Below, piece after piece: positions 54,381-64,000 of a stretch of 64,000 bases of DNA. Made by a program: the position numbers and the translations under genes. The DNA is from Eledone cirrhosa (taxonomy: Eukaryota), in contig OZ024740.1 in the NCBI GenBank assembly GCA_964016885.1, positions 131,192,001-131,256,000 of the forward strand. Reading direction: 5' to 3'. A model generated the notes under the pieces. The model ran no database searches. It was not told where the DNA came from and saw only the letters and a list, made by a program, of their open reading frames with translations. The stretch's first letter is position 1, and each line of letters begins with the position of its first letter.

Positions 54381-57300
54381 ATGACCTCACTCAGAATAGG
54401 CGGCATAAATGCGCGTGGCTTGGGGTCGTTATGGAAGCAGGGCCACCTGCTCAACGACCTCAGGTCACTCAACATAGATGTAGTGGCCATCAGCGAGACC
54501 AGAATCTCCGAAGCACGGGCCTTCGCGCCGATCTTCGGCGACTACGATGTGTATGCATCTCCCAGCCGTCCTGGATCGGGTGGTGGAGTTGCTGTGCTTT
54601 TTCGGAGAGTTTTGGATTTCGCCATACGGGCCATCTTCCTGGACCCAGAAGGTAAGTTGGTGGTGTAAGACGCGACCAGCGGAGTCGGGTAAGCTTTCAG
54701 GCTAGTGGCCATCTATCCCCGACAGGAGCAGTGCGGCCTGATTTCTTCCGGCGTCTGGAGACCTTTCTTGCAGCTCGCGCTCTTTAGTGTTAGTGGGCGA
54801 CTGGAACGGGAGCTTAGATGCACGCTGGGACTGTGTTTGATTAGCGGATAGAGGAGGAGAGTGCAAGAGCCTCACCAACATGCTCAGGCGTTTTGAACTG
54901 TCTGACAGGTACCGATTGGATTTCCCGAATGTGCCAATGTGGACTTGGACAAATCGCATAGGGTCATCCAGATCATATCTAGATAGAGTATTTTGTAGAG
55001 AAATAGATAAGTCAGGCATAGGCTGTCCACAATTCAAGATAGTCAGCTACACGGACTACAAATTCGTGATCTGTGTGCTTTACTTAGATAGGTTTCATAG
55101 ACGAGGACACGGCTACTGGAAGCTAAACGCGCAAGCCCTATACAGACCGGATTAGCGAACTAGTTAAGCGGGCGTTGACGGGGGCCATCGTCAACAACAA
55201 GTGGTGGTTTGCTCTGAAAAGAGCAATTAGAATAGAGTCCATTAGGTTTAGTAAGGCTTTAGCAATAGAGAAAAATAGAGCAGAGGGAGATTTAGTTAGA
55301 AAATTAGACGAGGCGCTTAGCAAAGGCATCGCGACCAACGTGCTAGCGGCAAAATTGGCCCTTGACCAATTCTTCAATGCAAAGCACGAAGGCTGCGTTG
55401 TCAGGGCTAGGGTGCGTGCTCTCAGACACGAGGGGACGAAAGCCGTTCAATGGGCCCGAGTGGCGGAGACGCGTCGTGGCAACAAAGCCACGATCAGGTC
55501 TTTGGTGGACCACGACGGGCGCATGCTACTCGATCACTGGCAAATGTGTGAAACTTTTCAGCGACACTTCGCTCAGCTGTTCGGGGGCAGCGGTGGGCCG
55601 GGTCGAGGGATGGACTTTAGTGTTTACCTCGACGGACTTCCGCGGCTCTCGGCCACTGAGGCGGAGTGTTGCGAAAAGCTGATAACAGCCGCTGAAGTAC
55701 GGAAGGCAATGACTGGCTGCACAAGGGGTAAATCACCTGGTTTGGATGGTCTCCCCTATGAAATTTACGTACAAATTCCAGACTTATACGGAGGCCCCTT
55801 GGCGGTCGTCTACTGCAGCTGGTAACAGAACGGGAGAATTCCCAGCTCAGTGAGCCGAGGAGCGGTGGCGCTGCTGGGAAAGGATCCGAACAAGGGGGTT
55901 AACATAGATAATTTTAGGCCCATAACTCGGCTAAACACAGAGTTCAAGATTTTGGCCAAGGTTCTAGCAAAGAGGTTGGCGCTTGTCGTTGGTGGTCTGG
56001 TGGGAGAGGCGCAGAAATACGCCATTCACGACAGATCCATCCACGACAACCTCCACCTCATGTGATACATCGTAGAGAGGGTAGCTAGGGAACCTGGCAC
56101 GGGTGGGTCTTTGATCAATTTAGATCAGTCGAAAGCCTTCGATAGGGCCCGTCTTCAGAGGCTGGATGGCTGCCATGCACAGCGACATCTGCTCTGTAGT
56201 GAGAGTGAACGGTCACCTTTCGGAAGCGTTCAAAATCATGCGCTCAGGTCCGCCAAGGATGTCCCCTCTCGTCCCTATTGTACGTATTGACTCTCGAGTC
56301 ATTACTGCACAAACTGGAGACGTTGAGTGGGGACCCGCGCGAACTAGGATGCGGAAGATCCGTGTCAGCATATGCGGACGATGTCACCGTAGTGGTGTCG
56401 AACGCTAAACACATCGAGGCGATCGGCACTACACTAAGAGAATACGAAGCGGTGACAGGAGCAATGATCATCCAGGAAAGGTCAGTGGGCCTGCAGCTCG
56501 GCACCTGGAGAAGCAGGTCCATGCCGTCCAACAGCGCCGTCGGGCGCTGGATGGACGGACCGGTTAAATTGCTAGGTGTCTGGTTCGGTCCAGACCTCCA
56601 GACGGACAAAAACTGAGACGAGGTGACGAGCAGGGTGGCTTCTCTCACCCAGAAATGGGCCGAGGGGAAGCTATCCCTGAAAGGTCGAGCGGAAGTGGCT
56701 AACGCGTACATCTCGTCTGTCATCTGCTACCGCCTGACCGTCGTACCTTGTCCTAAGCCCCATCTGACTGCGCTGGAGCGTTTACTCTTTCGCTTACTGT
56801 GGAAGGGACGCGCTCCGATGGTCAGGCGGTCCGTCTGCTGACAACACCCACTACGTGGAGGGCTGGGCATGCCGTGGTTGATGATGCGCAGACACGCGCT
56901 CAGGCTACGCCATCTCCACCTCTTCCTCGACGGTGATCAGGAGTGGTCGCCGTTTGTTAGACACGTCTTTCCCCAGCTCGTCTCCTTGACGGAGTTGCAG
57001 ACCTGGGTCAAGCGAAGACCGAGAGGGAGCGCTTGGAGACTGGAATATCTTCAGGCGCTCACAGCCCTCGACCAATCCGGCAATCTGATCGGTGGAAACT
57101 CCACCTTGGCGTTCTATAGAGGATTATTGGAGGGGAAGAGCGACGACGTACTTGGAGAAACTCTAGGCGTCGACGAAATTCAACTAGCCAATCTCTTCGG
57201 ACGGACTTTCCGGCCGGGGCCTATGGACAACTTCCAGAAATCCCTGTCCTGGCAGTGCTACCGGGGAGCTTTGCCAGTTCGGGATAAACTCTACAGGCAT

Positions 57301-57698
57301 GGAGGTGCCCTGTCCTGCACGCACTCGTCCAGTGTCCGAGCATTGCTGACTTGTGGGTTTATGTCGAACACCTGCTGTCACGTGCAGGACGGATCCAGCT
57401 ATCAGCTGAGTCCATCGTGAGGATTGCCCCGCCGCCTTCCATTAGCCGGGAAGGGCAGGCAGTTTTTATCTGTCTGGTGGCCATGGCGAAAGAGATAGTA
57501 TGGTGGACAGATTTGAAAGGGTTGAAGACGAGCACTTACCTCTTCAGTGATGCGCTGATTAACTTTTTCAAATTTCATTTGAAAAGGAAAATCAGGGTAG
57601 AGAGGGAAGTGCTCTCTTCCCAGCATTTTGTTGAAAGATGGGTGAGAGAAGCAAGTATGGGCCGAATTAATGGGCCTTCTCTGAGTATGTGTCTGTAA
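54381..57698 (+). pseudogene. LINE ORF2: APE endonuclease + reverse transcriptase, multiple stops and frameshifts
   Basis: GINARGL..VAISET..GGVAVL, LVGDWN, SYLDRVF..TDYK, GYWKLN, KSPGLDG, NFRPIT.LNTEFKILAK, DQSKAFDR, QGCPLS, AYADDV, LSLKGRA. Confidence 0.92.
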
Positions 57699-57940
57699 AT
57701 TAAAGGTGGAAAACTGGGAGAGGACACTTGCCCTGCTGGTCAGGGTCACTGTGGTCTTTTTATGGGCTTTCTCCACAAATGTCCCTCGGAAGTCTCCCCC
57801 CATTGGGGAATTTTTCTTTGTTATTTTATTACATCCTCTGTATTTTTTACACGCAGAAATGCCCAATTGTACCGTCCTGTATTGTCCTGTACTGTCCTTT
57901 ATGTCTACTTCATGTAAACCCCTGTGGTTAATAAAGAAAA

Positions 57941-57977
<37 letters not shown>

Positions 57978-57988
57978 GTTATTGTTAT

Positions 57989-59405
57989 TCCTTGAATCTC
58001 AGTCATTGATGTTGGTTAACTGGAAAGTTCGTTGGATTGAATATCAAGCCACTACCTGCAGCCTCAGATATTCAGGACGTATCGGAGGGTTCTTGCTGTT
58101 CCAAGCAAGCATGCCTTTTGAAGCGTTCCAAAAAGCGTGAAGGGGCCGATTTTCTTTAACCATCCCTGGAAACTTTTGGAGATAGTCCCCAGTGCGCCTA
58201 TGACAATCGGGATCACTTAGACTTCATGGCAGTTCCAAATCCTTTTCATCTCCCACTTTAGGTCCTGGTATCGGTTAATGTTCTCCCTCTCCTTCTCTTG
58301 CACTCTCGTGTCGAACGGGCAGGCCACATCCACAATCAGACACGATCTTTTTTCTTTGTCCACAACCACCAGGTCAGGTCTATTGTGTTCCAGTTTTTTG
58401 TCCGTCTGTATCCTAAAATCCCACAGCACCTTCACCTGATTGTTCTCCATCACCGCCTCTGGCCTATGCTCATACCATTTCTCAGAATGTGGTAGATTGT
58501 TTACTTTGCACAGGTGCCAGTGGATCACCCTGCCCATCACATCGTGTCTCCAGCCCTTATAGTGGGTCTGGGCTAGGTGTTTACACTCGGACACAATGTG
58601 AGCCACAGTCTCCTCTCTCTCTCAACAGATCCTGCACAGTGGGCTAGCCGCCTCCTTGTAGATATGGTGCTTCAACCACTTCGTTTTGAGGGCCTGCTCC
58701 TGCGCTGCCATTAGCATTCCTTCTGTAGCCTTTTTGAGGTCTCCTCTTCTCAACCAGTTCCATGTCTGTGGATCTCTAAATTCAGTTTTCTCAAAGAAGG
58801 TACTATGAAGGGATTTTCCCTTAAGGCTGCTCTTCCTCCTTGATGTTATTTCCTCCCTGGACATCGCCTGGCCTACTGTCCCCTCCTTCAGTACAGTTCT
58901 GAGCATTGGCTCCTTACTATAGGTCACGTATTTGTATAGGTTGTTTTTCTCCATCTGAACACAGTCCTCTATGCTGATAAGACCTCTTCCACCCTCAGAT
59001 CTCCTTAGGTAGAGTCTATCGACATCACTCCTCTTGTGGAACATGTTGTAGATAGTCAATAGCTTCCTAGTCTTCCTATCCATTTCTTTTTGTTTAGCAA
59101 CATTCCATCTCAGAATTCCCGCACTGTACCTAATAATAGACACAGCTCGGGAATTTACTGCGCTTATGGCATTTCTGCTGTTCAGATGTGACTTTAATAC
59201 GCTCCTTACTCTCCGAATGTATTCAGTTCTTAACAATTCCTTCATTTTTTTGTTCTTTATGCCATCAGCCTCCAGAACGCCCAAATACTTGTATCCTTCC
59301 TCAGAGTCAAATTCCTTTATCATTTCACCTGTTGGTATCTGGATCCCGTTACTTCTGCTCAACCTACCCCTCTTCATCACAATGACTCCACATTTACCAA
59401 TACCA
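57989..59405 (-). mobile_element. R4/Dong-like non-LTR retrotransposon, 5'-truncated (RT thumb, CCHC, REL)
   Basis: YKYLGVLE..DRKTRKLLT..RLYL.R..GGRGL..AAQEQAL..CRIC..ETVAHIVSEC..RHD..VLWDFRIQTD..HNRPDLVVVDK..IVDVACPFD. (TAA)n at both ends. Confidence 0.92.
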
Positions 59406-59441
<36 letters not shown>

Positions 59442-59457
59442 ATTATTAATATCATAA

Positions 59458-59652
59458 AGGTCGATGGGCAGTATCAGTAGATCGTCAGACACCATATTTT
59501 GCTGCATCGTGTTGTGGCTCTTTTACCTACTGAGGTTAACTTTGCCTTCATCCTTATGTGGTCGATAAATAAAGCACCAGTGAAGCAATGGGATAGAATT
59601 AATCCACTTTCCATCACATTACTGCCCTTGTTCCTAAATTAGAAACTATTAT
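59458..59652 (+). mobile_element. Diverged SINE copy
   Basis: GGCAGTATCAGTAGA..GAGGTTAACTTTGCCTTCATCCTTA..TTAGAAACTATTATT. Confidence 0.75.
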
Positions 59653-60075
59653 TAGAGTTTGAAACGTGTTATTCTGTTGTATCTCGTGTACTCACAAACT
59701 GGATCTGTAATTCTGTTTATGTTACTTAATGACATTAACTAACAATTCCCGAGAGCGTCAATACTAAGCTATATAGAAATGCACGCATAGACACACGGAA
59801 ATACACACTTTGATACACACACATACACTAATATCTATATGTGTTCCTGTTTGTATATGTTTATATATCTGACATTGCCTTGCAAATAGCAGAACTAGAG
59901 ACATATATAGTGTATATAGTTACAGTAGCTTGAGTGCGCATCTCATAAACATATACAGATATACTACTCATTATTCTACTAGATATAATAAAATTAATTA
60001 TAGTAGAATACACTGACAATATATCATCACACAGGCGAACAATTCCAAGCCATGTCGAATGTAAATGCTATTAAA

Positions 60076-60159
<84 letters not shown>

Positions 60160-60576
60160 TCATCATCATCAACTTCTTAGTTTAATATATATATTTATAT
60201 GCACACATATACACTCACACACACACACACATATATATTATATATATATATGGCTTTTTGTGTTATTATTTGCAAGGGATCTGATATAAAACTTCATCGA
60301 TTTAAAATAAATTATGATTTTATACCTGTAATTTGAAATTCCATCAAGCTGCAATGGCAAATATACCAGACGATATCCGCCTCAAGACATTAGGTTGCAA
60401 GGGGCCCCCTACCATTATGCTATTTTTTTTTTTGTATTTTGTCCGAAATGGCAAATATTAAAGTTTTATTTTCCAGTAAAAATTATTTTTTATTTTTTTT
60501 AAATCAGGTTGGCGTGCAACAAGTTCCTACAATATGTTTATTATGTATATGTTTCTATATACGTTAGTGCTTACTG

Positions 60577-60628
<52 letters not shown>

Positions 60629-60634
<6 letters not shown>

Positions 60635-61263
60635 TAACAGATTAAAGTTTAAGCAAAGAATCGCTGCTTTCACCATTAACGGGACCTTCTGAAACTAACA
60701 CAGTCAATCTGTAAACGCAGAACTGGATATTTCAAAAAACGTTGCAACCGGAGGAAGACAGGAAGACGATACTTTGGTTCGTGGAAACGTTCGCTGGCAA
60801 AGAACGGGAAAAAACGAATAATACGTCATTAATAGGAGCGGTGAAAAACAATTACGCGCAAAGACAGAACCACGTTTATGGTATAAAAGAGGTCGTAGAC
60901 TAATGTTCTCTTAGGTGGTGCATAGAGACGTTCTCTGGCAATGAACGAAAAAACGAAGATAATAAGTCATATGTGGAGCGTGGAGAACAATAGCACGCAA
61001 AGACATAACCACGTAAATGGTATAGCAGAAGTTGTAGACTAAAATTCTAACTAAGAGACCAAATGAATCTCCGCTACAGAGTTAAGAACAAAGTAAATAA
61101 ATACAATACAGAAGATCCCGTTAATGGTGAAAGCAGCGATTCTTTGCTTAAACTTTAATCTGTTATTTTAATAAATATTTGCTCTACGGTTCTTATATAT
61201 TTGATATATATTTTCCTTATCGAGCCCTCTTTGGATTTTAGTCTTCAATTTTATTATTATTAC

Positions 61264-61264
<1 letters not shown>
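60629..61264. mobile_element. Non-coding PLE family G insertion: 3'UTR (minus) + inverted tailed pseudo-LTR (plus)
   Basis: 60629-61114 is a direct match to 43125-43610. 61109-61172 is inverted against 60628-60691. (TA)n flanks. Confidence 0.92.
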
Positions 61265-61325
<61 letters not shown>

Positions 61326-63002
61326 TGTATGTGTGTGTATGTGTATGTGTGTGTGTGTGTATTTGTGTGTGTGTATAGATATATTAGCTACTTAGAAAAT
61401 AGTTGGGTAATTATGCGAACAGCCGCCTCTTTTTCTCTCTGTTGTTATTTGCAGTTTACTATGTATCTATGTAATGATTATATTATTCAGTTTCTTTTAT
61501 GCATATGAGACCAGGTTATCAACTCGTATCATCTGTATATACTTCTTACTCAGGTAACGTTATACGTAAATGTTTAATTACGTTTGAACATGTATATGCA
61601 CCAATTTTTATATATTTATACATGTATTGATGTATGTATATAAACCTATGAATGCTTCTATGAATGTATGTATATATGTGTGTATATATGTATGTATGTA
61701 TTTATGCATGCCTCTGTTTAGGCATTTAGACATACATATTTAAATATGCAGCTTTTTTTCTTTTCCAATTCATTTATTTCAACCATTCGCTCTTTTAAAT
61801 TATGTTTCATTTTCCTGTATATACGTTTGGCTTAGACTGTGATTTATGTGTTTGAATCACACATTTTAAATATTAATTTATATCTTTTATTATCTGACAG
61901 TGCTTACATAGTTTTACAGTTGTGTATTTTGAGATGCGTGTGTGACTTGTTCATGAATGGTATTATTATAATTTTAAGTTGAAGTATTTCTACTCAGAAA
62001 TATCTCTTCAAATTGATATGAGCTTATTATATCCAATAACTCGTCTAATTATTGACTTTAGTTTCCGAAGATTTAATATCAGTGTAGTTTATGTTTTTGT
62101 TTAAATATTTATTTATTTAGCTATATTTCGAAAAGAAAATTGCCATTCTGTTATTAAATGCAATACGACGAAAGAGAGAAGCAGCTTCAGAGATTTAGTT
62201 ACCAAAAATATAGAAATTAAGCAATATTTAGTGTTGCTGAAAATTAAATTTAAATTTAAAAAATAGAAAATTCATCTCTAGTATATTTAATATTCTATGA
62301 TTCTGCTTTCCTTTACATTTATATATATTGTATAACGTTTTTATTTATGGTATTGCGGTAGTTATTATATTTCAATGTTTTATTTCACTTTGTTCTACTA
62401 AATCGTTTGTAAAAATATTTCTTGCTTTTGGGTATTTGCAATTAATTCTGGTTTTCTATAATCATCCTCAGTATCTACATCATACGTGTTACCCAACACT
62501 TGTAGCAAGATACCGTTATTTTTTTTTTATAATCTGGTTTGAAAATTAAAATAAAATAAATTATTTATTTGCATGTGGGTAAGGTATTGTGAATTGTTGT
62601 TTAAGATGATTCTGTAGTGTTCAGTGTTAAGCGAGTTTATGTTATGTTATTCTTAAAAGCTTATGATGTTAAAATATTTGTAAATCTTCGGTGTTCTATA
62701 TAAGGTTTCCTGAATATATACGGTTAGTATGTAACATGTATGATGTAGGTAATTCATAAATACTCACACACAAACCCACACACAAATATATATATATACA
62801 CATATATATGTATAATATGTGACTATAGTGTCTATATTCATCATTATATTCTTTGGTAAAATTAAAGAAGCTGAATGCCCATTACAGTCCTCAGTTTCTC
62901 TATAAACTAGAAGATTAAGTTATCAACCGTTACATTCTCATGTTGTTAAGGACGTTTCGTGTAGGAGTGTATTTGTAATTAAATATTATAAAAAGTCCAG
63001 GA

Positions 63003-63034
63003 TCTTCTTCTTCTTCTTCTTCTTCTTCTTCTTC
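63003..63034. repeat. (CTT)n microsatellite
   Basis: Read directly from the sequence. Confidence 0.9.
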
Positions 63035-64000
63035 CACAGCAACATGCTTGCTAGATGGTCTTGTGGGCAGAAACCTCAAAAACTCCTTTTAGCCGGCCCC
63101 ATTTGAAACCAACATCTCAGTTTGGACCCTCAAACTGGACCAGTCGAGGTAATTTATTACCGATATTTCATGACCCTAATTTCCGATTGGCTCAAATACC
63201 GAATAGCGAAATAGTAGCGATTTGGGATTTTACATCTACTTGCCTTCTGTTACATCTGTTACATCTACTCGCATTATTGCACCAACTGCTAAAATCCTTG
63301 CAATTAATTCCGCCCCCTGTATTCCATCACTTGTGAACACGGCTGCGTAATAATTGAACATCTCTACCAGCTTTAGTGGATCTTTATTTACATGTATAAT
63401 GCACTGATTTTTTAGTCACATTATCTTAAATATTTAATAGCAATTTCTGTCTTTTTTACGTGATGATTATCAAAATCATTTCATAGTCTCTGAATTACAA
63501 TTTATTTATTTTTCAGCATTTGAGGTTTAGCAGATGGCAGTCAATATTTATACGGCATAAATGCAAAGATATCTCTGTGAAGATTCTAATCTATTCATAT
63601 TATTTAATATTTTGATTTTCATAGTATTTTTATTTGTTAACTACTTTTATTTTGCAGTACCAACAAAACATATGATTAAGCTCAGCATGAAAGATAATTT
63701 AAATATAAAACGGGAAACGTTAGGTAACGTTACGCATGATCCGATTTGCTGATATTGTTTATTTTATAGACATTTGTGACAGAATACCTCTATATGACTA
63801 GAAATACAACATGAATTGTGCAATAGCTTCTTTAATACCATGGGTTATGTGAATCTGCCTATACATTTTGGACAACTGGTAAAACAAGGGTCACTTATTT
63901 AGTGCTTCCTAACAGCTGGATATCGTTGATACCTTCTAATTAATATATATTTATTTTCACTTTAATATTTAGTAGATAAGACATGATTGAAGTTCTTTCA

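Larger units (their letters stand above)
52384..57941 (+). mobile_element. Full-length, disabled Tx1/L1-clade LINE inserted in (TTA)n
   Basis: 5'UTR, ORF1 with a zinc knuckle, ORF2 APE-RT, and a 3'UTR with AATAAA at 57930. (TTA)n lies on both sides. Confidence 0.93.

Noticed and set aside
63035-63340. 93-aa ORF beside (CTT)n
   Set aside because: No recognisable motif on either strand, so I cannot support a call.

Overview
This is AT-rich eukaryotic DNA dominated by repeats. The tRNA-type SINE and the (TA)n/(CA)n load suggest an octopod cephalopod (inference). I found no intact host gene, and most of the ORF track is microsatellite translation. The window holds three groups of features. (1) At least 6-8 distinct Penelope-like retroelement (PLE) families, almost all embedded in (TA)n. 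Many have inverted pseudo-LTRs that form palindromes of 0.2-2.3 kb, and their 3' ends carry type I hammerhead ribozyme (HHR) motifs, several of them non-canonical. (2) A ~9 kb cluster at 50.3-59.7 kb of elements separated by (TTA/TAA)n: a full-length but disabled Tx1/L1-type LINE, two R4/Dong-type REL retrotransposon fragments and several SINEs. (3) Decayed remnants: a class A GPCR pseudogene, possible exons of an unidentified gene, a CRE-like fragment and a possible N-terminal-endonuclease (Naiad-like) PLE. The most interesting signal is the set of HHR variants together with a stereotyped geometry of 'short inverted arm plus tailed arm' that recurs across unrelated families. All alignments and folds were done by eye.
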